A stretch of 20,000 bases of DNA from an uncultured virus (IMG/VR IMGVR_UViG_2788500352_000001) (taxonomy: Duplodnaviria; Heunggongvirae; Uroviricota; Caudoviricetes): IMG/VR virus record IMGVR_UViG_2788500352_000001; one strand, written 5' to 3'. Below are positions 7,754 through 15,374 of the stretch, piece by piece. Positions within the stretch are counted from its first letter, which is position 1, and every line of letters begins with the position of its first letter. A program made the translations under genes and the position numbers. The notes beneath the pieces are model-generated. The model did no database searches. It was not told the DNA's origin and saw nothing but the letters and a program-made list of their open reading frames with translations.

Positions 7754-8997
7754 TTGTCCACCTTGCTAAAACAAAAATCCGCCCACGCGGTCATCAATTC
7801 ACGCCGGCGCAGGAATAACGTCTGCCGCTCATACGCACCGTTGTAGCCGTCGTTCAGTTTGTGGTGCAGACAAAGATGCGCCACCCGCACGTCAAACCGC
7901 TTATCGTTTCCCAAACTGTCGTCCTGACTCCAGGTCATAAACGTGGCCCGAGCGATTCCGTGCTGAGTCGGACGTACCGTCTTCCCGCGCTTCAGAGTCT
8001 CGGCCTTGTCCGTCCAATCGCCAGGCGTCAATTTGACAAGCCGCCCGAGCATCGTATCCGTCATCACGTTACCGTAACGATTCGGGAAGATCAGCCCTTC
8101 ATGCGGTCGATCAATGCTTTTCAGAAACTCAATCACCTTCGGGGCCAGCGGCACAATCAATGCGCCGTTGCTGGAGACCTTCAGTTGTTCGGGCGGGACT
8201 GTCCAAATCTTCTCTTCCCAGTCTATCTGATCCCAACGGGCTTCCCGCGCCGTCTGCGAACGCGTCGCCGTCAGAATGGAAAACTCAAAGCACTGTCGGC
8301 TACTGATCTGCTTTTCGGCCATAGAGGCAGCGAAGAAGTCCGGCAACTCGCTTACCGCCAACGCCCCGCGGTTTTGTTTGACGTGTCGATTGTTCGGCAA
8401 AAGAAACTGCAACGCCCCATGACGATCCGCCGGATTGTCCCTGTCGGTGTAGCCCTTCGCCTTCGCCCAGTCGAAGACCTTTTTGGCGAAACCGAGGCAC
8501 CTATCCACAATGTCCGGTTTATCCCAAATAGCCGCCGCAATCTCGGCCACGTCCGCAGGCTTGATCTCGTCAATAAGCTTGTCACCGATTCTCGGCCACA
8601 CGTGACAACGCATCCGGCTTTCGAAAACACGATGAGACTTTGAAAGCTCCTCCCAGTTGCCTACGTCGATATTCCACTGCATGTACTCGTCGCAGACTTT
8701 TCGGAAAGTTTTCTTTGCCACGGACACGGGCTTTTTCTTTTTCGAGGCTTCGATCTCTTTCACAAAATCTTCAGCACCAAGTCCCATCAGCCGGGCAGTC
8801 ATAGCCCGCGCATTCGCCAAAGCGATACTTGCAGCACTGCCCAGACCTACGTCATACCTCTTGCCATTTACCTGACGACGCAGCACCCAAGCCCGTGAGC
8901 CACCTTTAATCACGAGGTACAAACCTTTGGTCAACTCGTCCCGATATACGCCGTCGCCAAGATTTCCCAAGGTTCTTTGTGAGAGTTTGGCTTTCAT
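7750..8997 (-). CDS. int: Tyrosine integrase, P4-like with arm-binding domain (integrase 1)
   Basis: GLYLVIKGGSRAWVLR arm domain; catalytic TATR, HGIAR, LHH, AYER. Confidence 0.93.
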   Translation of the reverse strand: MKAKLSQRTLGNLGDGVYRDELTKGLYLVIKGGSRAWVLRRQVNGKRYDVGLGSAASIALANARAMTARLMGLGAEDFVKEIEASKKKKPVSVAKKTFRKVCDEYMQWNIDVGNWEELSKSHRVFESRMRCHVWPRIGDKLIDEIKPADVAEIAAAIWDKPDIVDRCLGFAKKVFDWAKAKGYTDRDNPADRHGALQFLLPNNRHVKQNRGALAVSELPDFFAASMAEKQISSRQCFEFSILTATRSQTAREARWDQIDWEEKIWTVPPEQLKVSSNGALIVPLAPKVIEFLKSIDRPHEGLIFPNRYGNVMTDTMLGRLVKLTPGDWTDKAETLKRGKTVRPTQHGIARATFMTWSQDDSLGNDKRFDVRVAHLCLHHKLNDGYNGAYERQTLFLRRRELMTAWADFCFSKVDK

Positions 8998-9005
8998 AAA
9001 AACTC

Positions 9006-9105
9006 CTCAACCAGGGAAGATTCTCTTCCCTAGTTTCTTCCCTAGTTGAGGTTAACACAAATTGATAAAGGCGAACACTTGTGAATAGGGAAGAACTAGG
9101 GAAGC
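9006..9105. repeat. Putative arm-type integrase binding sites
   Basis: TCTTCCCTAGTT tandem at 9024-9035 and 9036-9047; near-perfect inverted copies at 9009-9020, 9083-9094 and 9094-9105. Confidence 0.7.
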
Positions 9106-9135
9106 AAGGATGCTTCAAGTCCCGTCATCACTAAC

Positions 9136-9169
9136 GAAAAACCCCTGAAGCCAACGGCGACAGGGGTTC
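9136..9169 (-). terminator. Terminator-like hairpin next to the putative att core
   Basis: Minus strand AACCCCTG...CAGGGGTT followed by a T run. Confidence 0.55.
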
Positions 9170-9190
9170 ACGCGAAAAGCGAAAAAGCAC

Positions 9191-9215
9191 TGGTTGGTAG
9201 GAACTGGGCCTACCA
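9191..9215. other. Putative att core between the two integrases
   Basis: TGGTAGG-AACTGGG-CCTACCA (7-7-7 inverted repeat, 9195-9215); both strands end in tRNA-like ACCA. Confidence 0.45.
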
Positions 9216-9371
9216 TAATTCGAATTTCAGATATTCTCAGATAATCTCCCTCAGTCTCCATTGTTCACCTAATACGATGAATTTAAATGGAAACACTGCC
9301 TACCGTCAGTCTCTGTTGTTCTCTGTCGTTCTATATCAAACTCCCTCCAGCTCGCGAATGATTTCACCCAA

Positions 9372-9439
9372 CTATGCTCCCAATGGGTATGATTTCTTCG
9401 GAATTTTTCATTTTTTCTTCGGAACTTTTGGGAGCATAG
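9372..9439. repeat. Inverted and direct repeats upstream of integrase 2
   Basis: CTATGCTCCCAA (9372-9383) / TTGGGAGCATAG (9428-9439) enclosing two TTTCTTCGGAA copies. Confidence 0.65.
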
Positions 9440-9462
9440 CCTCCAACCCGCAGGAGAGCGGC

Positions 9463-10794
9463 ATGAGAGTAGCTGAACGCCTCACAGCGATACGACTGAA
9501 GACCCTTGAAAAGGACACTGCCTGCGGCGTTGTGCCGGGGCTTTACGTGACTGTCCGGAAGCTCGCCGACGGATCGTTTGCCAAGTATTTTGTTCTCAAA
9601 GATCGAAAACAAAAACGCTCCTACACCATCGGAAAATTTCCGGACATCTCACTCTCAGAAGCATTCACCAAGGCAGCAGAATGGCGAGACCTCATCCTCA
9701 AGGGCGATGACCCTTCCAAACAACTCTTAGAGGCCTCCTCTCCCCAAAAACTGACGTATGAGAATCTCATGTTTCAATGGGTCGAATTCAACAATAAACG
9801 CGGCCGGTGGAAAGATGACAAGAAACCTCGACTCGGCGTGTGGCAAGGATATTTCAGAAACCACATTCCAGACTCGCTGCGCCAGTGTCCGGCCGCTGAA
9901 TTAACGCCCGAGATGTTTGCTGACGCGCTGGCGGAAAAATGGCGGACCATGACCAACACCCCGGAAAAGATTCTTGCTGACACCAGGAATGCCATTGACT
10001 GGGCAATCCGACAAGAAATCATTCCGCCAATGATCAACCCGGCGCGCATTCACGGCGGAAAACTTGGAGACCTACTGCCGTTGAACAGACCGGAAACCGG
10101 CCACGAACCGGCTCTCCCCGTCCAAAAGATGCCGGCATTCTTCAAAATGCTCATGGAATACACCCTTTCGAGCCCTGCCGCCAGATGCTTGGCCTTTGCC
10201 ATCCTGACGGCAGCCAGAAACTCTACCGCTCGAGAGGCCACTTGGAGTGAAATCCAAAAGGACGATGACGGCAACTGGATCCACCTGATTCCGCGTTCAC
10301 GCATGAAGGTCAAGGCCGAAGGCTTGCCGTTTGACCGAAAGACCCCTCTGAGTTCCGTTGCGGTCAGGCTGCTGGAAACCATGCCGAGAGTCAAATATGA
10401 AGGACAGGATTACCTCTTTCCCAGTATCTTTCATCGTAGCCTCAAGCCGATGTCTCCGGAAGCCTTCTCGCGCCTCTTGAAAAGAATGCACGACCGCCAG
10501 CGCAAAATTGACGGTATCGGCTGGGTTGATCCGGAACAAATCCACGGAGCAACGCAGACACCCCGCATTGTGACGCTGCATGGCTGCGCCAGAGCAAGCT
10601 TCAATACCTGGGCCAAGGACGGGAAACGATTTGGACATCCCTTCTTTCCAAAGGATGTCCGGGAGAGCTGCCTCGACCACAGAAATGAGTCTTACCAGTG
10701 TGCCTATGACCGCGACCAAGCCACTGGAGAAATGCGCGATGTCTTTGAGGCCTGGGGACAATTCCTGACACAGGAAATGGATGACTTCAACTAA
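9463..10794 (+). CDS. int: Tyrosine integrase, P4-like (integrase 2)
   Basis: AGGAG RBS before ATG 9463; arm domain (VPGLYVTV..IGKFPDISLSEA); catalytic TAAR, HGCAR, LDH, AYDR. Confidence 0.92.
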   Translation: MRVAERLTAIRLKTLEKDTACGVVPGLYVTVRKLADGSFAKYFVLKDRKQKRSYTIGKFPDISLSEAFTKAAEWRDLILKGDDPSKQLLEASSPQKLTYENLMFQWVEFNNKRGRWKDDKKPRLGVWQGYFRNHIPDSLRQCPAAELTPEMFADALAEKWRTMTNTPEKILADTRNAIDWAIRQEIIPPMINPARIHGGKLGDLLPLNRPETGHEPALPVQKMPAFFKMLMEYTLSSPAARCLAFAILTAARNSTAREATWSEIQKDDDGNWIHLIPRSRMKVKAEGLPFDRKTPLSSVAVRLLETMPRVKYEGQDYLFPSIFHRSLKPMSPEAFSRLLKRMHDRQRKIDGIGWVDPEQIHGATQTPRIVTLHGCARASFNTWAKDGKRFGHPFFPKDVRESCLDHRNESYQCAYDRDQATGEMRDVFEAWGQFLTQEMDDFN

Positions 10795-10827
10795 AAAAAG
10801 GCGCCATAGGGGCGCAGCCCCATGACG

Positions 10828-11277
10828 TCATGGACGATGAAGTATTTCCTTTACTGCTGATCGATCTGATGATAACCGGATGACCAATCGGCTGCCCTCT
10901 TCAGGAGATTCCGCACTCTCAACAAGAAGGCGTCTACATTCTGCGATTCGTCGCTCACAAAGCTTTCCGGAATCGCAGGTGCCGGCGGGCACTCGACCAC
11001 CGCCGGCGGCCGCGCCGCGCAGGCGCTCAACATCCCGCCGCATACCAGCAAGCTGAGAGTCAAGCGCATCGATTTCAGCCTGCTTCTTGTCGACCGCGTC
11101 GGCGAGCTTCTTCGCATTGTCTGTCTCCCTTTTCGTGAGTTCGGCCTGGTACTTCTGAGCCGCGGCCGCGTAGCCGGCTTTAAGGCGCGCGATGTCTGCA
11201 GTGCGCAGGGCGTCCGCAAAGGCGTATCCGGCACTGAAGACGACCACGGCCGCAGCGAGGTAGAGCCACTTGGCCAT
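10828..11277 (-). CDS. Rz-like inner-membrane spanin
   Basis: N-terminal TM (MAKWLYLAAAVVVFSAGYAF), coiled coil, Cys-containing tail; follows the endolysin. Confidence 0.8.
   Translation of the reverse strand: MAKWLYLAAAVVVFSAGYAFADALRTADIARLKAGYAAAAQKYQAELTKRETDNAKKLADAVDKKQAEIDALDSQLAGMRRDVERLRGAAAGGGRVPAGTCDSGKLCERRIAECRRLLVESAESPEEGSRLVIRLSSDRSAVKEILHRP
10851..11069 (-). CDS. Rz1-like outer-membrane lipoprotein spanin, embedded in Rz
   Basis: MRLTLSLLVCGGMLSA-C lipobox, Pro-rich (CPPAPAIP), in an alternative frame inside Rz. Confidence 0.8.
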   Translation of the reverse strand: MRLTLSLLVCGGMLSACAARPPAVVECPPAPAIPESFVSDESQNVDAFLLRVRNLLKRAADWSSGYHQIDQQ

Positions 11278-11279
11278 CT

Positions 11280-11534
11280 TTAAAGCAGCCAACCGCCGGC
11301 AAAGAAGCAGATCATGCCGAAGCCGACACAGACAGGCGCCCAGAAGAGACGGCACTTGCGGCGCATCTCGGTATCGAGCTTGGCCTTCTCGGCCTTGAGT
11401 TTTTCGTAGGCGTCCAGCGTGAGATCTTCGACCTTCACGCCGATTTTCTTAAGCCATTCCTGAAAGTCTTCGCTGTTCATCACATACTCCTTGAAAAATT
11501 TAAAAACGTATTTGATGATTTCTTCTTTGGTCAT
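11280..11534 (-). CDS. Lysis-region protein with C-terminal TM (copy A)
   Basis: 84 aa, hydrophobic C-terminus, between endolysin and spanin. Confidence 0.7.
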   Translation of the reverse strand: MTKEEIIKYVFKFFKEYVMNSEDFQEWLKKIGVKVEDLTLDAYEKLKAEKAKLDTEMRRKCRLFWAPVCVGFGMICFFAGGWLL

Positions 11535-11902
11535 TTTTTGCAGTTGTCCCAGCGCGCCTTGAATCCTCTGGCATCAACATGCACAAAGCTGTCATACAGC
11601 CCCACTCCGCCGTCAGAATTGAGCTCCAAACAGAGATCCTGAAGTGCCGGGAGGTCTTCCTGATGCTCCGGACGAATGTCAGCCGCGAGGCCCCTGACGT
11701 GGTAAGAGTTCTCCACGCCGCCCACGGCGCGATTGTGCTCAGGCGAGCGATAAGCGCTGTTGACAATGATCGGGCGGCCCCATGCCGTACGGATTCGGTT
11801 CAATAAAAAGAGCAGTTCTGATCTGACCTGCTGCTCCCCGAACGGAGAGCGCTGGCCGTCCTTGCTGGCGAGCTCTTTTGTGTCAAAGTATCCGATTTGC
11901 AT
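11531..11902 (-). CDS. Endolysin, peptidase M15A family (copy A)
   Basis: SAYRSPEHN, SYH..GLAADI, FVHVD motifs; start MQIGY matches copy B MKIGY. Confidence 0.9.
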   Translation of the reverse strand: MQIGYFDTKELASKDGQRSPFGEQQVRSELLFLLNRIRTAWGRPIIVNSAYRSPEHNRAVGGVENSYHVRGLAADIRPEHQEDLPALQDLCLELNSDGGVGLYDSFVHVDARGFKARWDNCKK

Positions 11903-12398
11903 TTTTGCCTTCTTTCGGCTTGTCGCCGATCTCTTCAACTGATTCATCCAACCGGGCGTTGATCTGTTTGAGTGCCTTGCGAATAATCGGAGGGATGCAT
12001 CCGCCGAGATCCATGCGATCGAGGTTCTCGATGATGCTCATGAGTTCTGTGAAGCCGTAGGCCGCGATGACAATGCCTTGGAACACAGCGAGATAGCCCA
12101 GCGTGTAGGCAAACTGCACGTCAAGGCCGTGCGCAAAGCCCACGACAACAAACATCAGGCCCTTTTTCAAAAGCCCATGAGACACGATCCGGCTCTCAAA
12201 GTCGCGTTTGACGAACGCGGCCGCCATGCCCGTCACAAGGTCTGCTCCGACAAAGATCGCGAGCCATATGATGAGCGGCTTGGTATCGAGACCGAAGAAA
12301 AACGAAAGAGCGCCGGTGAGGGCGCCCACGGCCGCGGCAAGTATTTTCTCTGTGCCAACAGGCAAAAAGTCCGGCGTCATGTGCATCCTCTCCGGCAT
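11883..12398 (-). CDS. Phage holin (holin_4_1-like), copy A
   Basis: TM segments; DLVTGM, GLLKK, ELMSIIENL...IP motifs. Confidence 0.88.
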   Translation of the reverse strand: MPERMHMTPDFLPVGTEKILAAAVGALTGALSFFFGLDTKPLIIWLAIFVGADLVTGMAAAFVKRDFESRIVSHGLLKKGLMFVVVGFAHGLDVQFAYTLGYLAVFQGIVIAAYGFTELMSIIENLDRMDLGGCIPPIIRKALKQINARLDESVEEIGDKPKEGKNANRIL

Positions 12399-12401
12399 AA
12401 A

Positions 12402-12641
12402 TCACTCCCGCAGATCCGGCGGGAATTGCCGCCGGCCCTTTTCGCTCTTCCACGACTCTTCGCAGTGGTTCTTGTCGAACCACAGCAGGGCATCGATCAG
12501 CCGCTTTGGCCAGAGCCGCTGGCCCGAGCAGTATTCCCGCCAGGCCCGGCTCGACAAACTCTCATCCGGCCACCCGCCGATCAGGGCGTTGGCGAGTTGA
12601 TCCAACGCGATCAGCACGTTCTTGATGTATGCGTACATCAC
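12402..12641 (-). CDS. Phage hypothetical protein (copy A)
   Basis: DQLANALIGGWPDESLSSRAWR..IDALLWF..NHC pattern. Confidence 0.75.
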   Translation of the reverse strand: MMYAYIKNVLIALDQLANALIGGWPDESLSSRAWREYCSGQRLWPKRLIDALLWFDKNHCEESWKSEKGRRQFPPDLRE

Positions 12642-13033
12642 GCGGCCGTAAAGTCGACAGGGACAAACTTGATCTTGATTTTCGCGAGGCCTTCTTTCGT
12701 CTTCGCGTCATCAATCGCGTCTCGCGTCTTCCACTTGTAGTCGTAAGCGGCGAGGCCTGCAGAGATAATTTCCTGATTCAAGACCTGGAGTTGCTCAAGG
12801 TTGAGCGGGTGTTTTACGTTGTTAGCGTCCATAAATTCGACGCCAGCTGCGGTGTAGGTGTTCTGCGCCTCTAAAGCCTCGACAAGGGCGCCGACGTCAG
12901 TTTTCGCACGGTCGTCGCTGTCAGCCTCAAAGCCGAGAGAAGACTTTAAGGTGGCGGCTTCACCGCGCCAGGCAGTAAAGGCACCGTCCAGCTCACGCTT
13001 CTTTTCTTCTTTCAGCTCATCGAGCGTCTTTTC
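12638..13033 (-). CDS. 3' part of the DUF4376-like protein (copy A, cut at the N)
   Basis: Near-identical to 14610-15005. Confidence 0.75.
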   Translation of the reverse strand, partial: EKTLDELKEEKKRELDGAFTAWRGEAATLKSSLGFEADSDDRAKTDVGALVEALEAQNTYTAAGVEFMDANNVKHPLNLEQLQVLNQEIISAGLAAYDYKWKTRDAIDDAKTKEGLAKIKIKFVPVDFTAA

Positions 13034-13034
13034 N

Positions 13035-13242
13035 CGATTTCAGCCTGCTTCTTGTCGACCGCGTCGGCGAGCTTCTTCGCATTGTCTGTCTCCCTTTTCG
13101 TGAGTTCGGCCTGGTACTTCTGAGCCGCGGCCGCGTAGCCGGCTTTAAGGCGCGCGATGTCTGCAGTGCGCAGGGCGTCCGCAAAGGCGTATCCGGCACT
13201 GAAGACGACCACGGCCGCAGCGAGGTAGAGCCACTTGGCCAT
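13035..13242 (-). CDS. 5' part of the Rz-like spanin (copy B, cut at the N)
   Basis: Matches 11070-11277. Confidence 0.75.
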
Positions 13243-13244
13243 CT

Positions 13245-13499
13245 TTAAAGCAGCCAACCGCCGGCAAAGAAGCAGATCATGCCGAAGCCGACACAGACAG
13301 GCGCCCAGAAGAGACGGCACTTGCGGCGCATCTCGGTATCGAGCTTGGCCTTCTCGGCCTTGAGTTTTTCGTAGGCGTCCAGCGTGAGATCTTCGACCTT
13401 CACGCCGATTTTCTTAAGCCATTCCTGAAAGTCTTCGCTGTTCATCACATACTCCTTGAAAAATTTAAAAACGTATTTGATGATTTCTTCTTTGGTCAT
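13245..13499 (-). CDS. Lysis-region TM protein (copy B)
   Basis: Identical protein to 11280-11534. Confidence 0.7.
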   Translation of the reverse strand: MTKEEIIKYVFKFFKEYVMNSEDFQEWLKKIGVKVEDLTLDAYEKLKAEKAKLDTEMRRKCRLFWAPVCVGFGMICFFAGGWLL

Positions 13500-13867
13500 T
13501 TTTTGCAGTTGTCCCAGCGCGCCTTGAATCCTCTGGCATCAACATGCACAAAGCTGTCATACAGCCCCACTCCGCCGTCAGAATTGAGCTCCAAACAAAG
13601 ATCCTGCAGCTCAGGAAGATCCTCCAGGTTCTCCGGCCTGATGTCTGCTGCAAGCCCCTGGACGTGGTAAGAGTTCTCCACGCCGCCCACAGCGCGGTTG
13701 TGCTCTGGCGAGCGATAAGCACTGTTGACAATGATCTGCCGCCCCCATGCCGTCCGGATCCGGTTCAATAAAAAGAGCAGCTCTGATCTGACCTGCTGCT
13801 CCCCGAACGGCGAGTGCTGGCCGTCCTTGCTGGCGAGCTCCTTTGTGTCAAAGTATCCGATTTTCAT
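13496..13867 (-). CDS. Endolysin, peptidase M15A family (copy B)
   Basis: Same motifs; several substitutions relative to copy A. Confidence 0.9.
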   Translation of the reverse strand: MKIGYFDTKELASKDGQHSPFGEQQVRSELLFLLNRIRTAWGRQIIVNSAYRSPEHNRAVGGVENSYHVQGLAADIRPENLEDLPELQDLCLELNSDGGVGLYDSFVHVDARGFKARWDNCKK

Positions 13868-14370
13868 TTTTGTAACGGTCCTTCTTTCGGCTTGTCGCCG
13901 ATCTTTTCCACTGATTCATCTAGCCGGGCGTTGATCTGTTTTAGTGCCTTGCGGATGATCGGAGGGATGCATCCGCCGAGATCCATGCGATCGAGGTTCT
14001 CGATGATGCTCATGAGTTCTGTGAAGCCGTAGGCCGCGATGACAATGCCTTGGAACACAGCGAGATAGCCCAGCGTGTAGGCAAACTGCACGTCAAGGCC
14101 GTGCGCAAAGCCCACGACAACAAACATCAGGCCCTTTTTCAAAAGCCCATGAGACACGATCCGGCTCTCAAAGTCGCGTTTGACGAACGCGGCCGCCATG
14201 CCCGTCACAAGGTCTGCTCCGACAAAGATCGCGAGCCATATGATGAGCGGCTTGGTATCGAGACCGAAGAAAAATGAAAGAGCGCCGGTGAGGGCGCCCA
14301 CGGCCGCGGCAAGTATTTTCTCTGTGCCAACAGGCAAAAAGTCAGGCGCCATGTGCATCCTCTCCGGCAT
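13864..14370 (-). CDS. Phage holin (copy B)
   Basis: As copy A, with a different C-terminus (EGPLQK). Confidence 0.88.
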   Translation of the reverse strand: MPERMHMAPDFLPVGTEKILAAAVGALTGALSFFFGLDTKPLIIWLAIFVGADLVTGMAAAFVKRDFESRIVSHGLLKKGLMFVVVGFAHGLDVQFAYTLGYLAVFQGIVIAAYGFTELMSIIENLDRMDLGGCIPPIIRKALKQINARLDESVEKIGDKPKEGPLQK

Positions 14371-14373
14371 AAA

Positions 14374-14613
14374 TCACTCCCGCAGATCCGGCGGGAATTG
14401 CCGCCGGCCCTTTTCGCTCTTCCACGACTCTTCGCAGTGGTTCTTGTCGAACCACAGCAGGGCATCGATCAGCCGCTTTGGCCAGAGCCGCTGGCCCGAG
14501 CAGTATTCCCGCCAGGCCCGGCTCGACAAACTCTCATCCGGCCACCCGCCGATCAGGGCGTTGGCGAGTTGATCAAACGCGATCAGCACGTTCTTGATGT
14601 ATGCGTACATCAC
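14374..14613 (-). CDS. Phage hypothetical protein (copy B)
   Basis: As 12402-12641. Confidence 0.75.
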   Translation of the reverse strand: MMYAYIKNVLIAFDQLANALIGGWPDESLSSRAWREYCSGQRLWPKRLIDALLWFDKNHCEESWKSEKGRRQFPPDLRE

Positions 14614-15374
14614 GCGGCCGTAAAGTCGACAGGGACAAACTTGATCTTGATTTTCGCGAGGTCTTCTTTCGTCTTCGCGTCATCAATCTCGTCTCGCGTC
14701 TTCCACTTGTAGTCGTAAGCGGCGAGGCCTGCAGTGATAATTTCCTGATTCAAGACCTGAAGTTGCTCAAGGTTGAGCGGGTGTTTTACGTTGTTGGCGT
14801 CCATAAATTCGACGCCAGCTGCGGTGTAGGCGTTCTGCGCCTCTAAAGCCTCGACAAGGGCGCCGACGTCAGTTTTCGCACGGTCGTCGCTGTCAGCCTC
14901 AAAGCCGAGAGAAGACTTTAAGGTGGCGGCTTCACCGCGCCAGGCAGTAAAGGCACCGTCCAGCTCACGCTTCTTTTCTTCTTTCAGCTCATCGAGCGTC
15001 TTTTCCGGAATCTTTTCAACAATCCACTCCAGATCAGGCCCACGTGCGATTCGATGCGTTGTGCTGCCCTCTGTGAGCTTTTGGAACAACTGGCGAAGCT
15101 CATTGCATCTTTGCGTCTGGGACTGATGAGAAACCGCCCCCATCGCAACACAATCTTCTGCCGTCTTTGGTTTCGGTTCCTTAATCCATGAGGACTTATC
15201 GTCCGATAGGCGGTAAAACGACTGGGCCGCAGCCGGATCCTCTGCGGGCGCATCAATCTGCGCCACATCATCCGGAAGCAGCAACTCTCCGTCCGGCATT
15301 TCCATCACCATCTTGAAATCGCAGAAATAGCCGTCCTCATCAACGCAGGGTAAACGAACTAATTTTGATGCCAT
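14610..15374 (-). CDS. DUF4376-like tail-fibre assembly/associated protein
   Basis: KTLDELKEEKKREL, FMDANN...L, YDYKW..R..ID.AKT.E.L..I motifs; GGAG RBS; downstream of the tail-fibre locus. Confidence 0.75.
   Translation of the reverse strand: MASKLVRLPCVDEDGYFCDFKMVMEMPDGELLLPDDVAQIDAPAEDPAAAQSFYRLSDDKSSWIKEPKPKTAEDCVAMGAVSHQSQTQRCNELRQLFQKLTEGSTTHRIARGPDLEWIVEKIPEKTLDELKEEKKRELDGAFTAWRGEAATLKSSLGFEADSDDRAKTDVGALVEALEAQNAYTAAGVEFMDANNVKHPLNLEQLQVLNQEIITAGLAAYDYKWKTRDEIDDAKTKEDLAKIKIKFVPVDFTAA

Larger units (their letters stand above)
11070..15005. repeat. ~1.96-kb imperfect tandem duplication (11070-13033 vs 13035-15005) joined by an N
   Basis: Both copies carry the same genes; the junction at N13034 breaks two genes; copies differ by SNPs and a net 7 bp. 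Confidence 0.95.

Noticed and set aside
7861..8643. Long antisense ORFs (e.g. 7861..8643, 1991..2566, 3404..4081, 12078..12740)
   Set aside because: They are shadows of well-supported genes on the opposite strand and have no recognisable motifs.
9120..9260. Complete tRNA gene between the integrases
   Set aside because: Only short CCA-ending segments are present; no D, anticodon or T arms can be folded.
9277..9462. 62-aa N-terminal extension of integrase 2
   Set aside because: It runs through the repeat-rich att region. The RBS and the start of integrase-like sequence are at 9463.
3002..9647. CCGGACAT matches at 3002, 8510-8517 (-) and 9640 as extra shufflon sites
   Set aside because: They are ordinary Pro-Asp-Ile codons inside other genes, lack the following HA..GG context, and have no cassette.
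13012..13320. A real tandem duplication giving truncated or fused spanin and DUF4376 genes
   Set aside because: The junction is exactly at an N and cuts both genes, which is typical of a scaffold overlap.
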